Shown: positions 1 through 8,205 of the stretch, in pieces
Numbering within the stretch: the first letter of the stretch is position 1
Layout of the letters: each line of letters opens with the position of its first letter
From: Solirubrobacteraceae bacterium
Lineage (GTDB): Bacteria > Actinomycetota > Thermoleophilia > Solirubrobacterales > Solirubrobacteraceae
Direction: 5' to 3'
DNA length: 52,466 nt
Assembly: GCA_035997675.1 (NCBI GenBank)
Contig: DASYIJ010000305.1
Span: forward strand, 1-52,466
Position numbers and translations under genes: made by a program
The notes under the pieces: generated by a model
Told to the model about the DNA's origin: nothing
Database searches by the model: none
What the model saw: the letters and a program-made list of their open reading frames with translations, nothing else

Positions 1-1058
1 GGCTCGTCAAGGCGCTCGAGATGGTCGCGCCGGGAACCGCGCTGCGCGACGGGCTCGATCACATCCTTCACGCTCGCACGGGTGGCCTGATCCTGATCGG
101 AGACCCCGATGAGTTGTCCTTCATGTTCTCCGGCGGCATCAAGCTCGACATCGACTACGCGCCCGCCCTCCTCTACCAGGTGGCGAAGATGGACGGCGCG
201 ATCGTCCTCAACGAGAACGTGACCAAGATCGTGTGGGCGAACGTGCAACTGATGCCCGATCCGACGATCCTCTCGGTGGAGACCGGTACCCGGCACCGTA
301 CGGCCGAGCGCGTGTCCAAGCAGACCGAGGCACTCGTCATCGCGCTGTCCGCGCGCCGCGACGTCGTCTCGCTCTACATCGGCGGGTCGAAGTACATCAT
401 GGTGGACATCCCCGTCGTACTGGCCAAGGCCAACCAGGCGCTGGCCACGCTCGACAAGTACCGCAGCCGCCTCGACCAGGTCTCGACGCGCCTGACCGCG
501 CTCGAGTTCGAGGGCGGCTCGACGCTGCATGACGTGCTCACCGTGCTCCAGCGCGCCGAGCTGGTCACGCGCATGGCCGTCGAGATCGAGCGCTACATCG
601 TCGAGCTGGGCACCGAGGGTCGGCTGATCGAGATGCAGCTCGACGAGACGATGGTGGGAGTCGCCGCCGACAAGGCGGCGCTGATGCACGACTACCTGTC
701 CGAGGACTCCGACGACAACTTCGCATCGGTCGCCGACCAGCTCGCGCGGCTGCCCCATCCGGACCTACTGGACTTCGGGCGGCTGGCGGAGCTGCTCGGT
801 TACGACCGCAAGCTCAACACGCTCGACTACCCCGTGTCCCCACGGGGCTACCGCATCCTCGGGCGCATCCCGCGACTGCCGAAGCTGGTGGTCACGGAGA
901 TCGTGCGCGAGTTCGGCCGGCTCGACGAGATGCTGGCCGCGACCGACGCCGAGTTGGAGACCGTCGAGGGCGTCGGCGAAATTCGGGCGAAGGACATCCG
1001 CGAGGGCCTTCGCCGACTGCAAGAGATCAACCTCGTGGATCGCTATCTGCAGACATAG
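1..1058 (+). CDS. disA: DNA integrity scanning protein DisA (diadenylate cyclase), 5'-partial
   Basis: The ORF frame is open to the window edge (LVKALE precedes the first Met at 21). The translation matches DisA end to end. It has DAC-domain motifs (GGLILIGD, KMDGAIVLNE, TGTRHRTAERV) and a C-terminal HhH (VEGVGEIRAKDIREGLRRLQE). Confidence 0.93.
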   Translation, partial: LVKALEMVAPGTALRDGLDHILHARTGGLILIGDPDELSFMFSGGIKLDIDYAPALLYQVAKMDGAIVLNENVTKIVWANVQLMPDPTILSVETGTRHRTAERVSKQTEALVIALSARRDVVSLYIGGSKYIMVDIPVVLAKANQALATLDKYRSRLDQVSTRLTALEFEGGSTLHDVLTVLQRAELVTRMAVEIERYIVELGTEGRLIEMQLDETMVGVAADKAALMHDYLSEDSDDNFASVADQLARLPHPDLLDFGRLAELLGYDRKLNTLDYPVSPRGYRILGRIPRLPKLVVTEIVREFGRLDEMLAATDAELETVEGVGEIRAKDIREGLRRLQEINLVDRYLQT

Positions 1059-1109
1059 ATCCGCGCGGCTCGCCGTTCACACCGCGCGCGCACAACAGAG
1101 GAGGCTGTC

Positions 1110-1682
1110 ATTCCCGAAGTAACGGAAGAGCAGGTCGAGGACCTCGAGGTCACCGTCGAGGCGGAGCTGATCGATTTCGAAATCGGCGACAACGTCGTCT
1201 ATCCCCATCACGGGGCGGGCCAGGTCCTCAAGAAGGAGACCAAGGAGATCTTCGGTGAGAAGCAGGAGTACCTCACCATCAAGATCCTCCACAACGACAT
1301 GACGGTCATGGTGCCGTGCTGTAACGCCGGCATCGCGGGGCTCCGACGGGTCATCGACGAGGAGACGGTCAAGAAGGTTCTCGACGTCCTTCGCGACGAC
1401 GTGTCCGAGATGCCCAAGAACTGGAACCGGCGCTTCAAGCACAACCGGGACAAGATCAAGACCGGTGACATCTACGAGCTCGCCGAGGTGGTCCGCAACC
1501 TGGCCATCCGCGAGCAGGAGAAGGGCCTCTCGACCGGAGAGAAGCAGATGTTCACCCGCGCGAAGAAGATCCTCGCCTCCGAGCTCATGTACGCACTGGA
1601 GATGGAGGAGGACGAGGCCGAGGAGCACCTCGACAACCTCCTCGACAAGTCCGGCAGCAAGGTGGCGGTGGCCGCCAAGTAG
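1110..1682 (+). CDS. carD: CarD/CdnL-family RNA polymerase-binding transcription regulator (start codon non-canonical and uncertain)
   Basis: Codons from about 1176 give FEIGDNVVYPHHGAGQV...KNWNRRFKHN...LSTGEKQMF, a complete CarD. The ORF-track Met at 1299 would remove the N-terminal RNAP-interaction domain. There is no in-frame ATG, GTG or TTG between the disA stop and 1299. GAGGAGG (1098-1104) lies 5 nt before ATT 1110. CTG 1167 and ATC 1170 are alternative starts. Confidence 0.8.
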   Translation: MPEVTEEQVEDLEVTVEAELIDFEIGDNVVYPHHGAGQVLKKETKEIFGEKQEYLTIKILHNDMTVMVPCCNAGIAGLRRVIDEETVKKVLDVLRDDVSEMPKNWNRRFKHNRDKIKTGDIYELAEVVRNLAIREQEKGLSTGEKQMFTRAKKILASELMYALEMEEDEAEEHLDNLLDKSGSKVAVAAK

Positions 1683-1699
1683 CGGCCGGAGAGCATGCC

Positions 1700-2347
1700 G
1701 TGGCGGTGGCTCTGATCGTCGCCGCCGGCAGTGGCGAACGCCTTGGCGCCCCGCGGCCCAAGGCGTTCGTCACGTTGGCGGGCCGGCCCATGCTGCAGTG
1801 GAGCGTGGACGCCCTGCGCGCGGTTCCGTCGGTCGAGCGGATTGTCGTCGCCCTCCCCGAGGGCGAGAGCGCTCCCGAGGGGACGGCCGGGGTCGCGGGC
1901 GGGTCGGTGCGCTCCGCGTCGGTCCGCGCCGCCCTCGCCGGCGCTGGGCCCGGCAACCTGGTGATCGTCCATGACGCCGCCCGGCCGCTCGTCACGCCGG
2001 CGCTGGTCGAGGCGACCCTGGCCGCCCTGGGTGACGCGGATGCGGCGATCGCCGCGGCTCCCGTGGCCGACACGATCAAGGAGGCGGACGCCGACGGGAC
2101 CGTGCGGGCGACGCTCGATCGGTCCCGGCTCTGGGCCGTGCAGACGCCGCAGGCGTTTCGTCGCGCCGCGCTCGAGCGCGCGCTCGACGTCGACGGCGAT
2201 ACGCTCGCCGCGGCGACCGACGACGCGTGGCTGGTGGAGCGAGCCGGCGGCACCGTGCGGGTCGTGGCGGCGTCACCCGAGAACTTCAAGGTCACGACCG
2301 CCGCCGACCTCGAGCGAGCCGATCTCCTCCTGCGCGAACGATGCTGA
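1700..2347 (+). CDS. ispD: 2-C-methyl-D-erythritol 4-phosphate cytidylyltransferase
   Basis: GTG start. The N-terminal IVAAGSGERLG...PKAF motif and the overall IspD-like translation support the call. It has the conserved position after carD. Confidence 0.92.
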   Translation: MAVALIVAAGSGERLGAPRPKAFVTLAGRPMLQWSVDALRAVPSVERIVVALPEGESAPEGTAGVAGGSVRSASVRAALAGAGPGNLVIVHDAARPLVTPALVEATLAALGDADAAIAAAPVADTIKEADADGTVRATLDRSRLWAVQTPQAFRRAALERALDVDGDTLAAATDDAWLVERAGGTVRVVAASPENFKVTTAADLERADLLLRERC

Positions 2348-3177
2348 CCGACTACCACGTCCACCTGCGGCCCGACGACCTCGATGCGACGGCCGAGCGG
2401 CACTTCACGGCCGCCAACGCCGACCGCTACCGCGAAGTGGCCTCGGAGCGCGGGATCGCCGAGCTTGGGGTGGCCGAGCACGTACACCGCTTCACCCAGT
2501 CGCTCGACGTGTGGGGCCATCCCTGGTGGCAGCGCAACGCCCGCGACGACCTCGACGCCTACTGTGAGTTCGTGCGCGAGGAGACCGATCTGCGGCTGGG
2601 GATCGAGGCCGACTTCGTGCCCGGGGCCGAGGACCGCATCGCCAACCTCCTCGACGGCCGGCCGTGGGACTACGTCATCGGCTCCGTGCACTTCCTGCGC
2701 GACGCCGCGCTCGACCTCGACGAATGGGACGTGTGGGACCGGGGCGACGACGCCGACCGGGTGTGGCGGCGCTACTTCGAGACGATCGCCGAATCGGCGC
2801 GCGCCGGCCTGTACGACATCGTCGCCCATCCCGACCTGGTGAAGGTCTGGGGGGGCGAGCGCCCGCGGCCCGACGGCGACCTGCGCCGGTTCTACGAGCC
2901 GGCGGTCGAGGCGTTCGCCGAGACGGGCGTTGCCGTGGAGGTCTCGACAGCCGGCTGGCGCAAGCCGGTGGGCGAGCTCTACCCGGCGCCGGCCTTCCTG
3001 GAGATGGTGGTCGAGGCCGGGTGTCCGATCGCGCTGTCGAGCGACGCCCACGAGCCCGACAACCTGGGCTACCGCTACTCCGACGCGGTCGAGCTGCTTA
3101 CCGGCCTAGGTGTGGCCGAGCTGTGCGTCTTCGAGGCCCGCGAACGCCGGCTGGAGCCGATCGGGGCCCCGGCGTGA
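2341..3177 (+). CDS. PHP-family (HisJ/HisK-type) histidinol-phosphatase-like metal-dependent phosphoesterase
   Basis: Starts at ATG 2341 (MLTDYHVHLRPD). PHP motifs are present in order: DYHVH, AEHVH, GIEADF, GSVHF, AHPDL, SSDAHEP. It overlaps the ispD stop by 7 nt and the ispF start by 4 nt (GTGA). The ORF-track start at 2227 is an upstream extension inside ispD. Confidence 0.85.
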   Translation: MLTDYHVHLRPDDLDATAERHFTAANADRYREVASERGIAELGVAEHVHRFTQSLDVWGHPWWQRNARDDLDAYCEFVREETDLRLGIEADFVPGAEDRIANLLDGRPWDYVIGSVHFLRDAALDLDEWDVWDRGDDADRVWRRYFETIAESARAGLYDIVAHPDLVKVWGGERPRPDGDLRRFYEPAVEAFAETGVAVEVSTAGWRKPVGELYPAPAFLEMVVEAGCPIALSSDAHEPDNLGYRYSDAVELLTGLGVAELCVFEARERRLEPIGAPA

Positions 3178-3650
3178 GCGTGCGCACCGGCATCGGCTAC
3201 GACGTCCATCAGCTCGTGGCCGGCCGCCGGCTGGTGCTGGGCGGCGTGGACGTCGAGTTCGAGCTCGGGCTGGCGGGCCACTCGGATGCCGACGTGCTGA
3301 CCCATGCCGTGATCGACGCTCTGCTGGGCGCGGCGGCGCTCGGCGACATCGGGCAGCACTTCGCGGACGACGATCCGGCCTACGCGGGCGCCGATTCCCT
3401 CGTGCTGCTGCGGGAGGCCGCGAGGCTCGTGGTCGACGCCGGCTTCTCGGTGGCCAACGTGGACGCGACCGTCGTGCTCGAGCGTCCGAAGCTGGAGGCC
3501 CACCGCGTGCCCATGGAGGCCAACCTCGCCGGCGCCATCGGCATCGCGATCGAACGCATGAGCGTCAAGGCGACGCGCGGCGAGGGAATGGGCTTCGTCG
3601 GGCGCGGCGAGGGTGCCGCGGCGCTCGCCGTGGCGACGATCGAGAGCTGA
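3174..3650 (+). CDS. ispF: 2-C-methyl-D-erythritol 2,4-cyclodiphosphate synthase
   Basis: GTG 3174 gives VRTGIGYDVHQL...GHSDADVLTHA...ATRGEGMGFVGRGEG, a full-length (158 aa) IspF. The ORF-track 2664 start is a shadow extension. Confidence 0.93.
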   Translation: MSVRTGIGYDVHQLVAGRRLVLGGVDVEFELGLAGHSDADVLTHAVIDALLGAAALGDIGQHFADDDPAYAGADSLVLLREAARLVVDAGFSVANVDATVVLERPKLEAHRVPMEANLAGAIGIAIERMSVKATRGEGMGFVGRGEGAAALAVATIES

Positions 3651-3654
3651 CCGG

Positions 3655-4047
3655 CTACTCGGGCCAGAAGTCCGCGACCGTATCGGTGTCCGCGCGGCCG
3701 TCCTCCACGCGCACCGACACGAGCACGATCTCGGCGTCCTCGGGACCGTCGTTGTGGATGGAACGGACGCACTCGGGCGCGATCCGCACCGCCTGGCCCG
3801 GCCCGAGCTCCACGAGGTCGTCGTCGAGCTTCGCGTGCAGGTGCCCGGAGATCACGTACAGGATCTCCTCCTGCGTCTTGTGGAAATGCCCGTAGGAGCC
3901 CCGGCCGCCGCTCCCCGCGGGCATCCGCCGCCAGGTGAACGCGATCTGCTCCGTGCCGAGCGGACCCGTCAGCATCCGCATCTCGCCCGGGTAGTCGCCC
4001 AGGATGTCGTCAGCGTCCTCGCGCGAGACGACGGTGTAGTTGCTCAT
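3655..4047 (-). CDS. cupin-domain protein
   Basis: ATG at 4047 (MSNYTVVSRED). Cupin metal motif GHFHKTQEEILYVISGH. 130 aa. The start overlaps the upstream SRPBCC stop (ATGA). Confidence 0.8.
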   Translation of the reverse strand: MSNYTVVSREDADDILGDYPGEMRMLTGPLGTEQIAFTWRRMPAGSGGRGSYGHFHKTQEEILYVISGHLHAKLDDDLVELGPGQAVRIAPECVRSIHNDGPEDAEIVLVSVRVEDGRADTDTVADFWPE

Positions 4048-4529
4048 CCGACCCGGGCCCGGCGACGCTCGGCCGCCCGCCGCCGCTGCTGTTCGTGCTC
4101 GACCTGGCGTTTGAGCTGGCGGACGGTGCGCTCGAGGTGGCCGCGCACGACGGGGGCGGCGATCCGCTCGGCCAGGGCGCCGAAGATGCCGGCGCCGGCC
4201 ACCCCGTAGGACAGCCGGTATTCGACGTTCGTGCGTCCACCCGGTCGCTCGCGCAGCCGCCAGCGCCCGCGTTGGTCGATGCCGGTGACCGACGTCCAGG
4301 CCAGGTCGCGGGGCTCGGAGTACTCGACCACCTCGACCAGCCCACCCATCTCGGCGGCGCCGACCCGCAGAAGCGTGCGATAGCGCGCCCCGAGCCCACG
4401 CGGCTCCTCGCTGACGACCTCCCAGCGCGTGATCCCGGCCATGTAGTGGAGCGCGCGGGACGGGTCGGAGACGATGTCCCACACCGCCTGCGGCGGGGCC
4501 GCGACCTCGAGGCTCGCGCCGACCCTCAT
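4044..4529 (-). CDS. SRPBCC (START/polyketide-cyclase-like) ligand-binding protein
   Basis: ATG at 4529 (MRVGASLEVAAPPQAVWDIVSDP...), a typical SRPBCC N-terminus. 161 aa. ATGA overlap with the upstream acyltransferase stop. Confidence 0.8.
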   Translation of the reverse strand: MRVGASLEVAAPPQAVWDIVSDPSRALHYMAGITRWEVVSEEPRGLGARYRTLLRVGAAEMGGLVEVVEYSEPRDLAWTSVTGIDQRGRWRLRERPGGRTNVEYRLSYGVAGAGIFGALAERIAAPVVRGHLERTVRQLKRQVEHEQQRRRAAERRRARVG

Positions 4530-5443
4530 CCGATCACCGGCAGCCGGCGCTCGGCGGCGAGCGCGTCGAGGGTCTCCTGCATCGTGCGCATGATGTGGTC
4601 GTAGACCTCGGCGACGTCGGGCTCGGGTCCGAACTCCTCGCGCAGATGAATCGGCGGCAGGGCCTCGACGATGATCTTGGACGGCAGCGGGACGTGCCCG
4701 AGCATGTCGCCGACGTTGAGGCCCCAGGGCAACGCGATCGAGATGGGGAGCACCTTCAGGCGGAACATGCGGTCGAGGCCGAGCAGGCGCGACAGGCCCT
4801 CGCCCCGGGAGAGGAACAGCGCCGTCTCCTGGCCGCCGATCGACACGACGGGCACGATCGGCACGTCCTGCTCGAGCGCGAGGCGGATGAAGCCCTTGCG
4901 CCCGCCGAAGTCGACCGTGTGACGCTCCCAGCTGGGGCGGTGGACCTCGTAGTCGCCGCCCGGGTAGACGAGCAGGGCGGCGCCGGTGGCCAGGGCGCGT
5001 TCGGCGTTCTCCGGCGAGGCGGCCACGGTGCCGAACTTGCGCAGGAAGCCCAGGCCGGGCATGGACAGCACCAGGTTGTGGGCCAGCTGGTAGAAGGCCC
5101 GCTCGACCCCGAAGTAGGCCGAGAAGGCAAGCTGGAAGACGGTCGTGTCCGGCGTCAGGTTGCCGCCGGAGTGGTTGCCCACGAGCAGCACGGCCCCCTC
5201 CTCCGGGATGTTGCCCAGCCCGCGGACCTCGCCACGGAACCACAGGCTGGCGAGGAGCCACAGTCGCGGCAGGTTCTCCCGGATGTAGTCGGGATCGCGC
5301 TCGTCGAGGTCGGCGCGTGGGATGCGCAGCTGAACCTGCTCGCGCATGCTCGCCACGACCCGGGCCGCGAGGCCGCGCGGCGACTCGTCGTCGCCGGCGT
5401 GGCCGTTGCGGGTCGCCTGCTCGGCGATTCCGGCTTCGGTCAT
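4526..5443 (-). CDS. LPLAT-superfamily acyltransferase, MGAT/DGAT2-like
   Basis: Translation contains GNHSGG...YPGGDYEV...RKGFIRLALEQDVPIVPVVSIGGQE. This resembles the DGAT2/MGAT-type acyltransferase core. Confidence 0.82.
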   Translation of the reverse strand: MTEAGIAEQATRNGHAGDDESPRGLAARVVASMREQVQLRIPRADLDERDPDYIRENLPRLWLLASLWFRGEVRGLGNIPEEGAVLLVGNHSGGNLTPDTTVFQLAFSAYFGVERAFYQLAHNLVLSMPGLGFLRKFGTVAASPENAERALATGAALLVYPGGDYEVHRPSWERHTVDFGGRKGFIRLALEQDVPIVPVVSIGGQETALFLSRGEGLSRLLGLDRMFRLKVLPISIALPWGLNVGDMLGHVPLPSKIIVEALPPIHLREEFGPEPDVAEVYDHIMRTMQETLDALAAERRLPVIG

Positions 5444-5468
5444 GACGACCGGAGTCTAATGCCGGGCG

Positions 5469-6677
5469 TCAGGCCGCCGCGGCGGGGGCCTGCGGGACGG
5501 CCGGCCGCAGAGCGTCGGCGCGCGCGAAGAAGCGCTGGAGGAGCCCGTTGGTCTGCTCGGAGCGCTCGACCTGGGGAACATGGCCGCAGTCCTCGAGAAC
5601 GATCTGCTCGGCGCCCGGCAGCCATTCGGCGACGTGGCGGGCGAACGCGGCGGGGATCATCCTGTCGTGGGAGCCCCACACGAACAGGGCCGGGGGCTCG
5701 AGATCGGCCAACCGGGTGTAGAAGCCGCCGTCGCCGAAGGGGCGCTCGAGATACACGTTGCGCGCCGCCGACAGGAACGCGAGCCGCGCGCCCGCCGAGC
5801 CGTAGATGCGCTGGAACTCCTCGACCACCACGTCCGCGACGCTCGGGTCCACCTGGTCGCGATCCGCGAACATGCTCCAGAACTGGTTGGCCACCATCCC
5901 CCGCGCAAAGCGGTGGGGCAGCACGCCGAGCTCTGGGCGGAGCAGCCTCACGATCGGGTGGTAGTCCCGGCGCACGAACGCCACCGCCGGGCAGAGCAGG
6001 CCGAGCGCGCCGACGCGCCGGGGGTCTCGCAGGCCGACCTCGATCGCCACACGCCCGCCGAGCGAGTTGCCCACGAGATGGGCCCGCTCGATCTTCAGCG
6101 CATCCATCACCCCGAGCACCGCGTCGGCGAAGTAGCCGGCGTCGTAGGCCGCGAACGCCGGCTTGGACGACGAGCCGAACCCGGGCAGATCCAGTGCATG
6201 GACACGGTGGTCCCGGCTGAGGGCGGCCGCCGCCTCGAAGAACGACGCCTTGGTGGCGCCGAGCCCGTGCAGCATGAGGATGTCGGGTCCCTCGCCCATC
6301 GTCAGGGTCGAGATCCGCGAGCGGCCCACCTGCACCTCGTGGACCCGCTGGAGCGGCGCGCGGCCGTTTGGGAGGCGGAACAGCCCCTCGAAGCCGACCG
6401 CGAGGTCGAGGTTGCCGCGCACGTACAGGCGGCGGGCCGAGAACGCCTCGCTCCCCGACAGATCGCCCTGGCGCAGGCGCAGCCAGGTCGTCGAGTCGGT
6501 GCCGATGGTGACGTCAGGACGGCGTCGGGTGGCCCCGCGCCGCACGCGCACGCCGTGCGCCGTGGCCCGAACCTCCCACGTGTGGCCGAGGTCGGCGAGA
6601 CGCACGTGATACGTGGCGTCGAAGCCCGGCGGGGCGCCGAGGTAGCGCTCCGGGAGCGACTCGAATGCTGCGTTCAC
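5469..6677 (-). CDS. SCP2 sterol-carrier-like domain fused to an alpha/beta hydrolase
   Basis: The N-terminal ~110 aa look SCP2-like (TWLRLRQGDLSGSEAFSARRLYVRGNLDLAVGFEGLF). The rest is an alpha/beta hydrolase (HGLGA, nucleophile elbow GNSLGG, C-terminal DCGHVPQ). I chose GTG 6677 as start. The ORF-track start at 6872 would overlap the cysS start. Confidence 0.78.
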   Translation of the reverse strand: MNAAFESLPERYLGAPPGFDATYHVRLADLGHTWEVRATAHGVRVRRGATRRRPDVTIGTDSTTWLRLRQGDLSGSEAFSARRLYVRGNLDLAVGFEGLFRLPNGRAPLQRVHEVQVGRSRISTLTMGEGPDILMLHGLGATKASFFEAAAALSRDHRVHALDLPGFGSSSKPAFAAYDAGYFADAVLGVMDALKIERAHLVGNSLGGRVAIEVGLRDPRRVGALGLLCPAVAFVRRDYHPIVRLLRPELGVLPHRFARGMVANQFWSMFADRDQVDPSVADVVVEEFQRIYGSAGARLAFLSAARNVYLERPFGDGGFYTRLADLEPPALFVWGSHDRMIPAAFARHVAEWLPGAEQIVLEDCGHVPQVERSEQTNGLLQRFFARADALRPAVPQAPAAAA

Positions 6678-6846
6678 GATCGCGAGCCGTCGCGCTTGGG
6701 GGAGCCGTCCAGGCACCGGCGGCCACCCTACACCCGGCGTCGGCCGGGTGGCCCGCTGTTTGGCGCACTGCCAGCCATGACGCGGGACAAATACCCGCTC
6801 CCTGCGGAAATATGCGCACCGGCGGCAACCACTAGGGTCCGCACGC

Positions 6847-8205
6847 ATGCGGTCCGTCACGCTCCACGACACCCGCAGCGGCGAGCGGCGCCCGCTCGAG
6901 ACCCGCGAGCCGGGGCGCGTGGGGATCTACGCCTGCGGGCCGACGGTGTACAGCCGCATCCACGTCGGCAACGCCCGGCCGTTCGTCGTGTTCGCCCAGC
7001 TCAAGCGCTTCCTCGAGCACGAGGGCTACGAGGTCACGCTGGTGGAGAACGTCACCGACGTCAACGACAAGATCTACGACGCCGCCTCCGCGAGCGGGGT
7101 CCCGAGCGCCGAACTGGCCCGGGAGATGACGGCCCACTACTTCGCGGACACCGAACGCCTCGGCCTCGGCCGGCCGGACCACGAGCCGCTGGCCTCCGAG
7201 ACGATCCCGCCGATCGTCGAGCTGATCGGAACCCTCGTCGAGCGCGGCCACGCCTACGCGGTGGACGGCGACGTCTACTTCCGCGTGCGCTCCTACCCCC
7301 GCTACGGCGAGCTGTCGCACCGCGACATCGATCAGATGGACCAGGGCGAGGGCGTGGAGGGCGCGGGGCGCAAGGAGGATCCGCTCGACTTCGCGTTGTG
7401 GAAGGCCCACAAGGAGGGCGAGGACACGGCCTGGGACGCCCCGTGGGGAAGCGGCCGCCCCGGCTGGCACATCGAGTGCTCCGCCATGGCGGAGTCACTG
7501 CTCGGGCTCGAGTTCGAGATCCACGGAGGGGGCTCGGACCTCGTCTTCCCCCATCACGAGAACGAGGTGGCGCAGACACGAGCGGCCCGCGACCGCGACC
7601 TGGCGCGGCTCTGGGTGCACAACGGGATGGTGCGCTTCGGCGAGGACAAGATGGCCAAGTCGGTCGGGAACGTGCGGCCGCTGGGCGAGGAGCTCGATCG
7701 CTGGGGGCGCGACGCCCTGCTGATGTACTTCTGCGGCGGGCACTACCGCCAGCCGATCGCCTACTCGGATTCCGAGCTCGAGCAGGCCCAGGCGAGCGTC
7801 CACCGCGTTCGGGAGGCCGCGCGCCGGCTGCACGCGGGCCCCAGCCCGGAGGACATGGCCCCGCTGCGCGACCGGTTCTTCGACGCCCTGGCCGACGACT
7901 TCAACACGGCGGCGGCGCTGGACGCGATGTTCCGCTGGGTGCGCGAGGCAAACAAGCGCGCGGACGTGGGGGACGCGCACCTGCGCGAGATGCTCGGCGT
8001 CCTGGGCCTGGAGAACCTGCTCGAGCCCGGTGACGGCGCGGAGCCGGACGCCGAGGCGCTGGACCTCGCGCGCCGGCGCGAGGCGGCGCGCACGGAGCGC
8101 GACTTCGCGGAGGCCGACCGCCTGCGCGACGAGCTGCGGGCCCGCGGCTGGGAGGTGCGCGACTCGCCGGAGGGGCCCGAGCTCATCCCGCTCGACCAAC
8201 CGTGA
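6847..8205 (+). CDS. cysS: cysteine--tRNA ligase
   Basis: Class I signatures are present: a HIGH-type motif (HVGNARP), HIECSAM and a KMSKS-type motif (KMAKSVGN). Full length, 452 aa. Confidence 0.95.
   Translation: MRSVTLHDTRSGERRPLETREPGRVGIYACGPTVYSRIHVGNARPFVVFAQLKRFLEHEGYEVTLVENVTDVNDKIYDAASASGVPSAELAREMTAHYFADTERLGLGRPDHEPLASETIPPIVELIGTLVERGHAYAVDGDVYFRVRSYPRYGELSHRDIDQMDQGEGVEGAGRKEDPLDFALWKAHKEGEDTAWDAPWGSGRPGWHIECSAMAESLLGLEFEIHGGGSDLVFPHHENEVAQTRAARDRDLARLWVHNGMVRFGEDKMAKSVGNVRPLGEELDRWGRDALLMYFCGGHYRQPIAYSDSELEQAQASVHRVREAARRLHAGPSPEDMAPLRDRFFDALADDFNTAAALDAMFRWVREANKRADVGDAHLREMLGVLGLENLLEPGDGAEPDAEALDLARRREAARTERDFAEADRLRDELRARGWEVRDSPEGPELIPLDQP

Noticed and set aside
1585-3051. 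488-aa minus-strand ORF across ispD and the PHP gene
   Set aside because: Antisense to two genes with clear family motifs, and its translation has no motifs. The same reasoning applies to 38906-40612, 41684-43393, 36135-37157, 36144-37703, 48141-49304 and 50446-52119.
2227-3650. ORF-track N-terminal extensions (2227 for the PHP gene, 2664 for ispF)
   Set aside because: The extensions lie inside the preceding genes in other frames and translate to Arg/Pro-rich sequence. Family-typical N-termini begin at ATG 2341 and GTG 3174. I trimmed similarly for 3655-4482, 4044-5261, 8980, 9516, 17144, 23257, 26502-27620, 29147, 31084-31908, 40703 and 43003-44076.
6678-6846. T-box or another leader upstream of cysS
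   Set aside because: The 170-nt region has one short hairpin (CACCCGGC-GTCG-GCCGGGTG, 6728-6747). It has no T-box sequence, specifier-loop architecture or terminator/antiterminator pair that I can see.
5580-8033. 817-aa ORF in the six-frame track
   Set aside because: Its translation is Arg/Gly/Pro/Ala-rich low-complexity with no domain signature. It is antisense to the well-supported SCP2-alpha/beta hydrolase gene and out of frame with cysS. This is a typical shadow ORF of high-G+C DNA.
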